Part shown: piece by piece, positions 13,036-27,064 of the stretch
Position numbering within the stretch: the first letter of the stretch is position 1
Layout: every line of letters begins with the position of its first letter
From: Eledone cirrhosa
Lineage: Eukaryota
Reading direction: 5' to 3'
NCBI GenBank assembly: GCA_964016885.1
Contig: OZ024743.1
Span: 45,012,001 to 45,076,000, forward strand
DNA length: 64,000 nucleotides
Position numbers and translations under genes: made by a program
The notes under the pieces: model-generated
What the model was told of the DNA's origin: nothing
The model's input: only the letters and a program-made list of their open reading frames with translations
Databases searched by the model: none

Positions 13036-14386
13036 TACTATTTCACGTAAGCGGTATAAATATTTTAACTTTAATTAAGCGAGAAAAACTTTTATAGTAA
13101 AGTCCATTTAACTGATCCAGTGTGTGTCTGACCTAGTATTATCTGGTTCAATGTATGGCTGTTACAGTGTATGACTGATTACATTACTGATCCAGTATAT
13201 GGCTGGTCTAATATATAACAGATCCACTGTATGATAGACCCCGTGAATGACTGGGTATAGTAGATAAAGAAACTATCTCGGAATAATTAAGAAAGAATTG
13301 CAAGAAATTACAAGATAAAATGAAAATAAAATAAAGAACGAATCTTATAATGGTGTGCACCTGACATAAATAATCATGCCGGCTGGTGGGATCTTGTTGT
13401 AATCAATCGTTCTTGCAGTCTGGTTTCGAATATCTAAAAGAAACCGATCCTCAGATGTGACCATGGAAAACTATATTACCCTGGTATTTCAGCTGTGAAT
13501 ATTACCTGCCGATCATAATTCCTGGCAAAAGCGTCAGTTTTCCGGTGTCAGTAGGCAGGATTTTAATTCCAATGTACAAAGCCGGAACAGATCCCGTCTG
13601 GCTTCTTAAACATTCCGCGAATCCACCGCTCATCAACTAAAATATATTTACCGACCACAAATAGATGAAAAACAAAGTTGATCTCAGAGAAATTTGAACT
13701 GGGAACCTTAAGAAAACCTGGCACAAAATGCCACAAAATACTTTATCGGACGCTCCAACAATTATACCAACCCACAACCATACTCAACACATACCTGATG
13801 GTTTCTAATATAGACAATTAACTAGCAATTCGATTAGGTGAAACTAGACGTTATTTTATCGACATCGAAAAGATTAAAGTCAAAGCTAACCCCGGAGGAG
13901 ACGTCGAACTAAATGCCTCACAGCATTTTGTCTGACTCTGTAAGTATTCTGCCAAACAACCGCCATACTCAAAAGACTGGTAATACTAATAATTACATTG
14001 ATAATTTATTTTGTCTTCTAAGTTTGTCCATTTTCATGGACAACAAGGCCACCTGCTGTCTATGCTACTTGTCTCATATTACAAAGAATTAGTAATAATT
14101 TAGAATTACCAATGGGTATTATAATTTCTGAGGCTTCTAATGAAATAGAACCTAATGTAAACATCCTCATTAAATTCATTTCATTTATAATGATTGATGA
14201 ATATGATATGATTCTGTAATTAAAGTTAACGTGATCATTGAAAGACACTATTGTTTCGAGTGTTTAAATCATTCTCTGTGTGTCTCTGTGTGTGTATGTG
14301 TGTGTCTGTGTGTGTATGTGTGTGCGTGTGTGTGTTTGTCTGACTGTCTGTGTTTTTGTGTATGTGAATATATATATATACATATA

Positions 14387-14577
14387 ATTGTTTCTACTAT
14401 TGGCACAAGGCCAGCAATCATCCAGTACATTACTGGTACTTCATTTTATAGACCCCGTAAGGATGAAAGGCAAAGTTAACCTCGGCGGGATTTGAACTCA
14501 GAATGGCAAGGGCCGTAACTCTATGCGTCAAAGCATGGCGTCCGACCCTCTACCGATGCTGCCAATTCACCGCCCTT
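14387..14577 (-). mobile_element. tRNA-derived SINE, full length
   Basis: Reverse complement of the 11039-11222 family. Confidence 0.9.
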
Positions 14578-14606
14578 ATGATATATATATATATATATAT
14601 ATATAT

Positions 14607-14669
<63 letters not shown>

Positions 14670-15214
14670 ATTATAATAATGCACATAATCACGTCACATC
14701 TAGACTGAGCTAGCCGATCTTGTCCAGAATGTTATAATATACACATGTGCTCGGGAGAAAAACGAAAGAGTTCTTTACATAATTCTCTTTCTTCCTCTTC
14801 ACACAAAATTATAATCACGCGATATTTTTGTTATTAAAAGAGTAGACACAATTTCTTTACATGGTGTATTAACCATTTGTTCTTAAGGTTTTATTTCTTA
14901 ATTTTCTACCTTTCCAAATTATTCGTTGAGTAATTTGACTAGCATTTCGTTTGATGAGTTGCGATATACTCTGTTGAGTTTTTGTTGACACACATATACA
15001 TGTATATAAACACGCCTGCTCACACAGATTGAGTGAGCGAGAGAGAAAGAAAGATATTTAGAATTGCTCAATGTCCGTTCCACTTTAGCAGCTAATGAAC
15101 CAAAATTATGCTATGTTTCTTGTCTCTTATGTCTGATCGAGTCACCTTTCTTTCGAGCAGGTATTACTGCAATACTTATCATTTATGGTAATACACATAC
15201 CATTCTGTTCCTCA

Positions 15215-15317
<103 letters not shown>

Positions 15318-15331
15318 CTTACACACGCACG

Positions 15332-15373
<42 letters not shown>

Positions 15374-15432
15374 CGTGGGAAAGTAAAAAAATCGGAGAAT
15401 AGACCGTTAAAACATGTTTATTTAAAACAACA

Positions 15433-15467
15433 CCTTCGTACGTTTCGCCCAGTTGGGCTTCTTTAAG
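15433..15467 (-). ncRNA. Decayed minimal hammerhead
   Basis: Minus strand ccc-ttaAAGA-a gccc aact gggc-GAAA-cg-TA; 5' core half damaged. Confidence 0.4.
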
Positions 15468-15726
15468 GGCATAAATAATCACAAGTGTTCCTTATATTGC
15501 TCGGAGAGAGTTTTGGGGGTTAAATCCACATCAAGGTTCATTGCTCGCAAAAATATCTTGTTTTGATTTTGCAGCAGGTTTGCTAACTCTCTAGCCCACT
15601 AAATATTAACACTTCGAATATTTAATACTGCCGGCACTAGTATCGAGCACCTTTGGCATACGCTACTTGGCAAATAAATATATGTATCACCTATCCCTCC
15701 TTTTTTTCTCTTTCTCGATGCGTAAA

Positions 15727-15802
<76 letters not shown>

Positions 15803-16572
15803 ATAATAAATGTGAAGACTAAAATCCTAAGAGGGCTCGATAAGGATTATATAAATATATATATATCTGTTAGACACGCAGTGACTAACAACAGAATGTT
15901 TTAAGTCTGCATGTCTGAATAAAAAATTCAAGGGGTTTCGCTAGCCGTTGTGATACCTGCCAAACATCTTTTGTAATATATCGTCTTATTGGCTAATTTC
16001 ATCGTCTTATTGGCTAATCAACCAATGAGAGTAATTGTTTTCTCAAAAGCATCCGCCACTTTGTTTGCACGTTTATTTATCGTTTCGCTTTCGAATCTTC
16101 TTCCTGTATTTCGTTGTTTATCATCAAAATATTTTTCTCGTTTTGGTAAGTTATATTGTTAATTTATATATGATTTTTTAAATTTATATTAACTACTTTT
16201 TTTTCAGTTCGTTATAACATGCTTATAATACTGGTTGTATCATATTTATTTGTATATTTGTCCATATTATTGTGCGTTTTATGTTAGATTATTTTATTAT
16301 TATTATGTTAGACTATTTGTATGTAATATTTAATTTTTATTAATTCAACTATAACAATTATTATGTAAAATATATTTATTTAATATTGATTGTTTTTGTA
16401 GTTGTTTATATTAAAAGTCTGAAAATATTTTATACATCTTACAATAATATTTATAAGATCATTTATAAATAACAATTATATAATCTAATTACATTACAAC
16501 GATAATTTATTATTAATATATATCATGTTTAACTAGAGTTATTACAAGCGTTGCCTTAAAAAAATATTAACC

Positions 16573-17005
16573 TGAAAAATGCGCAAGCACAAAAGTGCCA
16601 CAGAATGTTATAATAAACCTTCAAAAGTGTGGGACTAGAGTTGTTGCTCAAAAATATTGTAATTATTATCTATCGTACACTCTGTGGCATCCTCTTATAA
16701 AAAAGAGACTCATAACGAACTCAATACGACACTATAATTATTTAAGTGAATTTATAATATAGAATTCGGTTTAAGTGCATTTCGTATTAATCATTACTAA
16801 ACATCTAATATGAGATATTGAACATTAGCTTAAATAATAATCGTGTCATCTTGAGATCGTTATGAGTCTCTTTTTTTTATAAAAGGATGCCACAGTGTGT
16901 ACGATAGATAATGATTACAATATTTTTGAGCAACAACTCTAGTCCCACACTTTTGAAGCTTTATTATAACATTCTGTGGCTCTTTTGAGCTTGCGCATTT
17001 TTCAG
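16573..17005. mobile_element. Fold-back MITE-like element with ~175-bp inverted arms
   Basis: ctgaaaaatgcgcaagc...gagactcataacga (16573-16748) is inverted at ~16826-17005. Confidence 0.8.
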
Positions 17006-17228
17006 CGATTCTTGGCTTAAACTTTAATCTGTGCATAACATAAATATTTGCTCTACGGATTATATATATATATATAATCCGTAGAGCAAATATTTATGTT
17101 ATGCACAGATTAAAGTTTAAGCCAAGAATCGCTACTTTCACCCTTTCACAGGGTCTTCTGAAATTGAGTTTCAGAAGATCCCGTAAAAGCCTGAAAGCAG
17201 TGATTCTTTACTTAAACTTTAATCTGTT
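17003..17228. mobile_element. Overlapping palindromes of the CAGAAGA-core hammerhead family
   Basis: Palindrome 17003-17133 centred on (TA)n; opposed hammerhead-like copies at 17115-17164 (-) and 17168-17217 (+). Confidence 0.7.
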
Positions 17229-17232
17229 CATA

Positions 17233-17263
<31 letters not shown>

Positions 17264-17496
17264 GTGGCGAACTAGTTCTAAAAATATTGGTTGCCAGGAG
17301 ATGGAGGGAGCCCACCTACATATAGAATGTTATCATTTAATTTTTATAATGAATTAATGTGGAAACAAAATGTGGAAATTAATAACATTAATGTGGAAAC
17401 AAAACGGTGCAATCAAATTTTTGCGGGAAAATATCTTACCTAATCTAATAAAAAATATTATTTTGCTAAATCCAGATACTTTCAATAATGACCAGA

Positions 17497-17950
17497 AGTC
17501 GAATCTAAATATAACTAATAGCTCTAGGAAAGACATGAACGGCACCACATTTTTTAACTTTGATTTTAAAAATGTAGGTTTATAATTATCAATTTTCATT
17601 ACACTTTTGTAGGTGTACCGGTGGCCTAGTTGGAGGATTCATAGGCGCTGGTGATCCTGGTCTGAAGTTCGATCCTGGTCGGGAGTAGGGTTCCTGGTGA
17701 ACCATTTCAGTTTTTTTCTACTGGTTGTAAAGTAAAAGCTGAAACAAGTTACATGTACTTCTTGACCAAGATTGAACCCAAGGTCCGGATCTCCACCGCC
17801 TCTAGTACCTACCGCTAGGCCACTGAGACAACTACGAAAGTCTTATGAAAATTTATATTTATAAACCTACTTTCAAAATTTTCAAGACAAAGTGGTGTGG
17901 TGTCGTTCATGTCTTTCTTAATGTTATTGCTCCTACTTAAGGTCGACTTC
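17497..17950. mobile_element. Fold-back element with two convergent tRNA-like heads
   Basis: + arm ggtggcctagttgg...gttcgatcc; - arm agtggcctagcgg...ggttcaatc; flanking arms also inverted (gaaagacatgaacg / cgttcatgtctttc). Confidence 0.6.
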
Positions 17951-18063
17951 TAAATTATTTGGGTGTTCCATAAACTACATCCTCGTTTTGTTTCTCATCT
18001 ATCTAGACTACATTTTAACCTTTAATCCATGTTTCATTTCTGTTCCACCTCATCCCCCCCCCC

Positions 18064-18096
<33 letters not shown>

Positions 18097-18202
18097 TCTC
18101 TTTCGCTCTCTCTTTCTCTCTGTGATATTTGAATCTGTGATATTTGGTATTCTTATATATATATTTTTGCATGTCAATTAGATTCAAACTTACAATGATT
18201 GG

Positions 18203-18236
<34 letters not shown>

Positions 18237-18344
18237 ATAATAATAAATTTGAAGACTAAAATCCAAAGAGGGCTCGATAAGGATAAATATATATCAGATA
18301 TATAAGAACCGTAGAGCAAATATTTATTAAAATAACAGATTAAA

Positions 18345-18393
18345 GTTTAAGCAAAGAATCACTGCTTTCACCCTTAACGCGATCTTCTGAGAC
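18345..18393 (-). ncRNA. Hammerhead-like motif with CAGAAGA core in the PLE 3' pLTR
   Basis: gtct-CAGAAGA-tcgc gttaa gggt-GAAA-gca gtgattctt tgc-TT-aaac. Confidence 0.55.
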
Positions 18394-19447
18394 TAAAAAT
18401 GTCAATCTGTGAACGCAGAAGTAAATATTTAAATATTTCAAAAACGTTGCAACCGAAGGAAGACAGGAAGACGATACTTTGGTTCGTGGAAACGTTCCCT
18501 GGCAAAGAACGAAAAAAGAACGAAGATAATACGTCATTATTTGGTGCAGTGAAAACAATTACACGCGAAGACAAAACTACGTTTATGGTATAAATGAAGT
18601 CGTAGACTAATATTCTATTAGGTGGTTCATGGAGACGTTCTCTCGCAATGAACGAAAAAAACGAAGATAATACGTTATTATGTGGAACAATGAGAACAAT
18701 TACACGCAAAGACAAAACCACGTAAATGGTATAGCTGAAGTCGTAGACAAATTCTATTTAGGAAACCGAATGATTCTCGGCTTCAGAGTTAAGAATAAAT
18801 TAAATAAAATACAGAGGTAATTGAAATAAATATATACATACACACATCCATATACGTACATACACAAGCATACGCGAACCCACTCCCCATGGGATGCAAA
18901 TACAAGCACGTACACAACAAATAAAAAACACACACACACACACGCACATACAGAACCCACGCAACGCCTGTACCGCACACATACGAACGTATACACCAAA
19001 TACACATCAAAAAATAAATAGAAACATATATATATACACACATGTGTGTGTGTGTGCGTGTATACATAATTAAATAAACGTATATAAATATACACACATA
19101 AATACGTATACAACGCGCGCGCAAACACACATGTAAAGACACATATGTTCGTGGACTACGTCAACCAAAACACAAAGTACACATATACACACACCCTACT
19201 TACGTATGAACCCGCATACTCACAGAGACGCAAAACTCCCGTAATCACATAACCAAATGCACATGTACCAGTATATATAATATATACGCCAATAACATAT
19301 ACAAGCAAATATACGTACGGGAAAATATACGTACCTTCACAAAACATACAGGTAATATATACTTACCTATACGAATAAGTAATGGTATTAACATAACATA
19401 TACTTAGCTACCACATCAAGACGTAAAATATCCGCGTATAGTTCGTA

Positions 19448-20795
19448 CTATCCGTTATGGTATAATGTGGGACTGTAATACAGGAAAGTTTTGTGCAATT
19501 TATGTTTACAAGCCGAAATTGCCTCATTTTTTTTGTTTAAGATGTGGTCTTTGGCGTAGAGTATTTCCAGGGCCTCGGCGGCGCAGAGGTCACATGGTCT
19601 TTTATTTCCGTTATACGATCTAGCATAAGCTAGGATCTCCCAGTGTAACTTATATTGGGTGTGGTTGTCTTGTAGACTCCAGATATAAGCTGAAAGTGAC
19701 GTCATATTCCTTCTTAAAGAGTTAAGAAAAGAATGGGTATGCATGTAAAGACGCTGCTTGAATCTATTGGCGGTTAACCCTGTGTAGGCCCTACGGGACG
19801 TAGGTGTTTCAACCTTACATTTGTAGACAATGTTACTAGAGAGGCATTTCCCGGATAGGGGGCAGTCAACCCGATTCATGATAAGGGAGAGGAAGTTCTT
19901 AGCTAAAGGTGTGGCCACCTCCATATTATATGGTGGGTTATACCATATAATGCGTCGCGAGCTATTTTTCCTATGTCTATTCTCGTACTCTGTATAAGCT
20001 AGCTTATCTACAAATCCACTCCGAGCAAGAGCTTTATTGTAATATGTGGAATGGTCGTTGAAAATATGCTCGTTTGTAGATAGACGGGAAAGCCTCAAAG
20101 AAATGTTTCTTACCAGGTTCTTGGTTATGCTGGCAGGATGGTTAGAATGCTTACTTATGTAATTAAGCGTATCATTCGGCTTTCTATCCGGGCAGTGCAA
20201 GCCATTCGACAAATCGAGGGTAACGTCGAGGTAATTAACGACAGAGAGGTTGGCCTCAACCTGTATGGAGAGGTTGAAGCCTTTAAAGAAGGCTGTGAGT
20301 TCTTTTCTGAACCTGTCGCAAGCACGTGGGCCGCACTTTGTCATGGTTAAAAGACCGTCCTCACGGTACAAACCACCGCCCACGTTGGGGAATTCTTCCT
20401 TGATAGAGAAAAGAAGGAAAAGGCTGATAAGATCAGTAACCTCCGCAGAATCGCTGGCGCCCATACTCAGGTCGAATGGGGTACTATTAGATTTTTTAAT
20501 CCAAATAGAGTCATCGAAATTAATCATCGACTTACGGGCATTGAGGATGACATCAACTTCGAAATCCTTAACCACTGTGAGTGTTAGCGAAATTGATAGC
20601 TCTAAGGAGAAATGGTAAAGTGATGGAGGAGTAGTAATTATTGATGTCGAATTGGATAAAACGGCAATTTTCCTTGTTACCTATGCCGTTGAACCGATCA
20701 ATAACAGCAAAAGAATTATTCCACAGTGCAAAAGGGGCCAAACTTCTAATTTCAGGTATAATCCTATCTAAACATCTTTTACTATGTCTACCTCA
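19448..20795 (-). pseudogene. PLE reverse transcriptase-GIY-YIG endonuclease, disrupted
   Basis: FIQFDINNYY (frameshift), FDLSMGASDSAE, GLYREDGL (YRDD mutated), YLDVTLDL, IIWYNPPY, CPLSGKC, NIVYKC..YTG..FKQRLYMH, CDLC..CKH; internal deletion in the linker. Confidence 0.9.
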
Positions 20796-20934
20796 AACTT
20801 TCACTCACTCTCTACTACTCACCCTCTCTCTCACTTCCTCCATCGTCCCACACCCTGCGTAATTCTTTCCTCGCTTGCTTTCGCATGGTTGGGATGTGTC
20901 TCTCGTCTTCTCGTCAATATTCGCAAGTTCTTAT

Positions 20935-21213
20935 ATTCCAATGAATCATTGACTTGATTTTCTCATGTTTTCCCCTCTTTACGTTGCCTCACCATTCATG
21001 TTTGTTTACCTGTCTCTCTTTCTCCACCCAATTCTTTTTATCCCAATAACTTCCTTTAGTTATTGTTCGCGCTAGGCTGAGGTATCTGGTCTTTAATGCG
21101 AAGAAATACCTATGATATCTAGTAGATCAGTGATGATGGATAGTCCTATTTCTAATTCTTCATTTTAATTTGTATATCACATCCTGCAACAACACAGCAC
21201 GCCATTTTTCATT

Positions 21214-21215
<2 letters not shown>
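20935..21215 (+). mobile_element. Dispersed pLTR-like repeat (also 26355-26600 minus and 38120-38650 plus)
   Basis: Shared tgtttgtttac..cccaataactt..gaaatacc..gatca(c/g)tgatga..gcaac..ccatttttc. Confidence 0.6.
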
Positions 21216-21276
<61 letters not shown>

Positions 21277-22041
21277 CGATATATTAACAAATGGAAACTA
21301 TATTTATAAAACCATATTTATTTCATTATAAATATTTCAAGGACACCAAGTTAAATTATGGTGTGCTTCCAGCAGATAAAATATAATATAGATCAGTTTT
21401 ATAAATAAATATTCTCATACTCTTAAAGAATGCGACCATTTCTGTTGGAAGCTCCCGGATAGTGGGGATATTAAATTTATTTAGTCTATTATGCAAATTG
21501 GTGTCGGATATGTTTAAAACACAGTAGATTTAAAATAAGCCGTTGGAGTATGGAAAAAGGGAAAGAAAAGAAAGAGAAAAATAAGAAAAAAAGAGAAAAA
21601 GAGGAAACTCTGAGAGGAAAATAAAAAGACAAGAGAAAGAGAAAGAGAAAGAGAAGAAGAAAAGAAAAATGAAAGAGAAAGAGAAAGAGAAAGAGAAGAA
21701 AAAAAGAAAAATGAAAGAGAAAGAGAAAGAGAAAGCCCTAAGTAATAGGTTGTTGTATTAGCGTAACTTTTAAAATGAAGTGAAAAAATAAATATTTATT
21801 GGATGAGTTAGGAAGAGTAAATAAGCGTGAATAGAAAATAAATAAATAATAATAACTGGAGAATTTTAACCAGTGTTTAAATATGATTAAATGTTTAGTT
21901 TATCAATTAAATTATCAATTAAATTATCAATTAAATTATTGAGATCTATACATTAAAATTGAGATCTATATATTATTAAAACTATATATTATTAAAAAAT
22001 CTATATATTATTAAAAGAATATATTCATATATATACATACG

Positions 22042-22109
<68 letters not shown>

Positions 22110-22550
22110 TATATAGATACACATACATATATATACATACAATAAAAGATTTTTATGTTTAAGATATAGGAATTTTTCTAAACTTATAGATCTTTCGAAG
22201 AAATCGTAGAAAGAAATCGGAGCAAAATCATTTCTATGTAATAGCAAAACAACGTGAAGGAAATTAAATTATTTACTTATATTAAATGTTAAGATAATAA
22301 AGGAAATTTAAGATTATACAAACCTTATATTATTTAATAGTAAGTTATAATTTTATAAATTTAATAAATTTGATATCTAAGAAATCCACCTGGTATGTAG
22401 TTGTGACTGTTATTATATAGGTTTGTTTAGCATAAACAGTAAGAAATACTTTATAAATAAAGTGCATTCGAATTTTAAGTATATATACATATACACAACC
22501 CCTACGTAGATACACATACATATATATACACATACCGGTACACATGCAAC

Positions 22551-22682
<132 letters not shown>

Positions 22683-23231
22683 ATATAATTACAGTATATA
22701 ATATATAAAATAAAATAAAATAAAAATTATAGTTTTAAAAGGAATTACGATTTGGAAATGTATTCATACAATTTTAAGCAATATCACCTTAAAGCAATAT
22801 AATTTTTAAAAATATAAAAAAATATTTTAAGATATAATTTTAATATATAATATATCTAAATAAATAATATATAATATGTCTAAAAAATTAATATTCTATT
22901 AATATTCTGCACTAAATTTTTGGTGGATGAATAAATTAATTGTATAGTATGTCTATTAAATATTGAGTGATATCTACGTGTTCTAGGGAACCATTTGTCA
23001 AGAGTTTAAAGAATAGTTTAACAATAGGAGTTTTAATATTTAATGAGAAAGGAGGAGCGAACCATAATATATTCCTAGTTCTATTTCTTCTTTTTTGTTT
23101 TCCGAATTATTGTAAGGTTTTCTGTTATAGTTGTTAAAATTGTTACGATTATGGTTAGTTGTTATATTATTATTATCAATGTATTTAATTTTATTTCTAT
23201 ATCCAGCTCTACCTAACGCCTAAAGCACATT

Positions 23232-24084
23232 ATTACAACAAAGCGTTAGGTAGAGCTGGATATAGAAATAAAATTAAATACATTGATAATAATAATATAA
23301 CAACTAACCATAATCTTAACAATTTTAACAACTATAATAGAAAACCTTACAATAATTCGGAAAACAAAAAAAAGAAATAGAACGGAATATGTTATGGTTC
23401 GCTCCTCCTTTCTCATTAAATATTAAAACTCCTATTGCTAAACTATTCTTTAAAGCTCTTGACAAATGCTTCCCTAGAACACATAGATATTACTCAATAT
23501 TTAATAGACATACTATAAAATTAACTTATTCATCCACCAAAAATTTAGCGCAGAATATTAATAGAATTAATAATAGAAATTTAAAACCTAACCAAAATAC
23601 CACTAATAACCCCAGCAATATCCAGTTTAGTAATACAGCTCAATTTAATAATACAGCTCCTAGTGATTTTGATAAATGTAACTCTAGAAATAAATCTAAC
23701 TGTCCGTTAAATAACAATTGCTTAGCTAAAAATATAGTATATAATTGTAATGTAAAAACTAATTTAAATTCATTTAATTATGTAGGATCTACTTCCACAG
23801 TTTTAAATCTCGTTTTAATAACCATAAATGCTCTTTTACGCATTTAAACAAAAAATCTTCAACTTCTCTATCTAACTTAAATTAAAGAACGTTAAATATT
23901 CGTTACTTTGGAATATTATTTCAAAAGCTACTCCATTTAACTCCTCTTCCGAAAATTGCGATCTTTGTATAGAAGAAATATTCTTTATATTAAAAAGCAA
24001 AAATTACCTGAACGTAAGAACCAATCTTTTCAGTTGCTGCAAACATAGATTGAATTCAACGTTTAAATATAAATTTAAAATGTA
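23232..24084 (+). pseudogene. PLE RT thumb/linker and GIY-YIG endonuclease fragment (frameshifted)
   Basis: YYNKALGRAGY, WFAPPFS, CFPRTHRYYSIFNRHTIKLTYS, CPLNNNC, NIVYNC..YVGSTST, later CDLCIEE..CCKH. Confidence 0.85.
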
Positions 24085-24563
24085 ATATATAACTCATTCT
24101 ATTAAATATATTGAACCTATCGATAAATCATTAGAGTCCTTCATTTGACTGCTTAAAACTCTCATTATAAAAAATATTTTCCTAGAAAATTTTTCTAGAT
24201 AAACATACTGAAAGCTCTTAAAAGGGGAAAATATTTTCTTTGAAAATTTCTCCTATTTTTGAAAGTTTCTTTTTCTTTGAAAATTTCTCATATGGTTATA
24301 AAAATTAAGTTAAACATACTGAGAGTTAAATATTATATATAAAAAATTTTAAATTCATTTTTATACTGAATTTTTTAGACATATTCTTATTTTAAAATTA
24401 TATCTTAAAATATTTTTTATATTTTTTAAAATTATATTGCTTTAAAGTTATATTGCTTAAAATTGTATGAATATATTTCCAAATCGTAATTCCTTTTAAA
24501 ACTATAATTCATTTTTATTTTATTTTATATATTATGTACTGTAATTATACTATGTACTTTATA

Positions 24564-24603
<40 letters not shown>

Positions 24604-24644
24604 AGATGGTGTTAAAGTTTGCTTGAAGCATTGTGGAATGTGTA

Positions 24645-24996
24645 AAATACGTAGTTTAGAAAGCCACAACAATGCGGATGGGAAATCTGAAGGATAGATA
24701 GGAGAAATAGGAGAAAGTGAAAATTGAGAGAGACAAAGATGAAAACAAAACAAAGGTAGAAGGGTTACCGTAGTGGAGATTTAATCCCAATAATTCGGGC
24801 TCACGCCCATCAACGGGGGAAAGTTCCAAAAAAGGGGAATTATTGGGATTAAATCTCCACTACGGTAACCCTTCTACCTTTGTTTTGTTTTCATCTTTGT
24901 CTCTCTCAATTTTCACTTTCTCCTATTTCTCCTATCTATCATTCACTTCCTACCTCGAGATTTCCCATCTGCATTGTTGTGGCTTTCTAAACTACG

Positions 24997-25003
<7 letters not shown>
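24645..25003. mobile_element. Fold-back element nested in the right arm of the large palindrome
   Basis: 24645-24796 is inverted at 24838-25003; the spacer on the minus strand has a decayed hammerhead layout tccc-ccgttga-t gggc gtga gccc-GAAT-ta-TT-ggga. Confidence 0.75.
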
Positions 25004-25079
<76 letters not shown>

Positions 25080-26145
25080 ATGCATGTCTACCGGTATGTG
25101 TATATATATGTATGTGTATCTATGTAGGGGTTGTGTATATGTATATATACATACAATTCGAATGCACTCTGTTATAAAGGATTTCTTACGGTTTATGTTA
25201 AACAAACTTATATAATAACAGTCACAACTACATAACAGGTGGATTTCTTGGATATCAAATTTATTAAATTTATAAAATTATAACTTACTATTAAATAATA
25301 TAAGGTTTGTATAATCTTAAATTCCCTTTATTATCTTAACATTTATAACATTTAATATAAGTAAATAACGCTGTTTTGCTATTACATAGAAATGATTTTT
25401 CTCCGATTTTTTTCTCCGATTTCTCCGAAAGATCTATAAGTTTAGAAAAATTCCTATATCTTAAACATAAAAAAATCTGTTATTGTATGTATATATATGT
25501 ATGTGTATCTATATCTATATATATATATATATATATGTGCGTATGTATATATATATGAATATATTCTTTTAATAATATATAGATTTTTTTAATAATATAT
25601 AGTTTTAATAATATATAGATTTTAATAATATATAGATCTCGATTTTAATGTATAGATCTCAATAATTTAATTGATAATTTAATTGATAAACTAAACATTT
25701 AATCATATTTAAACACTGGTTAAAATTCTCCAGTTATTATTAATTATTTATTTTCTATTCACGCTTATTTACTCTTCCTAACTCATCCAATAAATATTTA
25801 TTTTTTCACTTCATCTTAAAAGTTACCCTAATACAACAACCTATCACTTAGGGCTTTCTCTTTCTCTTTCTCTTTCTTTTTTCTTTTTTTCTTCTCTTTC
25901 TCTTTCTCTTTCTCTTGTTTTCTTATTTCCCTATTAGAGTTTGCTCTTTTTTCTCTTTTTTTCTCTTTTTTCTCTTTCTTTTCTTTCCCCTTTTCCTTTT
26001 ACTGTGTTTTAAACATATCCGACACTAATTTGCATAATAGACTAAATAAATTTAATAACGCCACTATCCGCGAGCTTCCAACATAAATGGTCGCATTCTT
26101 TAAGGGTATGTCAATATTTATTTATAAAACTGATTTATATTATAT

Positions 26146-26204
26146 TTTATCTGATGAAAGCACACCATAATTTAACTTGGTGTCCTTGAAATATGTATAA
26201 TGAA
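26146..26204 (+). ncRNA. Hammerhead ribozyme (family A) at the PLE 3' end
   Basis: tttat-CTGATGA-aag cacacca..tggtgt cctt-GAAA-tatgta-TA-atgaa. Confidence 0.75.
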
Positions 26205-26898
26205 ATAAATATGGTTTTATAAATATAGTTTCCATTTGTTAATATATCGTATTTTTACTCCAATAATTTGTTGAGTGCTTCATATCAGTTATAAAAATAT
26301 TTGCTTGTTGTATCCCAACAATTTAAATAGAACTTCTACATATAAATATATATATATAAGAAAAATGGAGCCCTGCGTGGTTGCACATGGTTTACATATG
26401 AATAAAATTAGTTCTTCATCAGTGATCTTCCAACTTTCATTGGTATTTCATCGCTTTAAATATCATATACCTTTAGTTGGCGTGAGCAATAACAAATAAA
26501 GTTATTGGGACAAGTAAAATAGCGTGAAACGAGCGAGATATGTAAACAAACAACGATGGTATGGCAACGGAAAGATAGGAAGAGACCAGCACATGAAATC
26601 CGTATATATATTTATTTATTTATTTATTAGAATAGCAGATTGAATTTAAGCAAAGAATCGCTGCTATATATATGTATATATATATATGTATGTGCTTGTC
26701 TGTGTGTGTGTGTGTCTCTCTCTCTCACTCTCTCTCTATATATATATACACCACCTTCACCACTAATTGATTTGACAGACGTCTTTAACCCATTGACACC
26801 AAATATTATCTAGTCAGTAGTTCGTGTGTAAGTATATAAATATATATATCTCTAAATGTTGAGTATGCGTTGGTTGTTTACCGACACCTCAGTATACA

Positions 26899-26973
<75 letters not shown>

Positions 26974-27064
26974 TTATATATGCTTGTGTGTCTGTGTCTA
27001 TGAAGTGTATATGTGTGTATATATATATATATGTATGCTTTAAAGACTATTGAAGTATTTAAGA

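Larger units (their letters stand above)
18233..20795 (-). mobile_element. 5'-truncated Penelope-like element (Naiad-type) with long 3' region and terminal hammerhead-like motif
   Basis: RT and GIY-YIG remnant at 19448-20795, a ~142-bp tandem duplication at 18480-18760 and a pLTR at 18233-18480. Confidence 0.85.

Noticed and set aside
17615-17685. Functional tRNA gene
   Set aside because: A/B-box-like motifs are present but there is no clean cloverleaf, and it is embedded in a diverged inverted repeat
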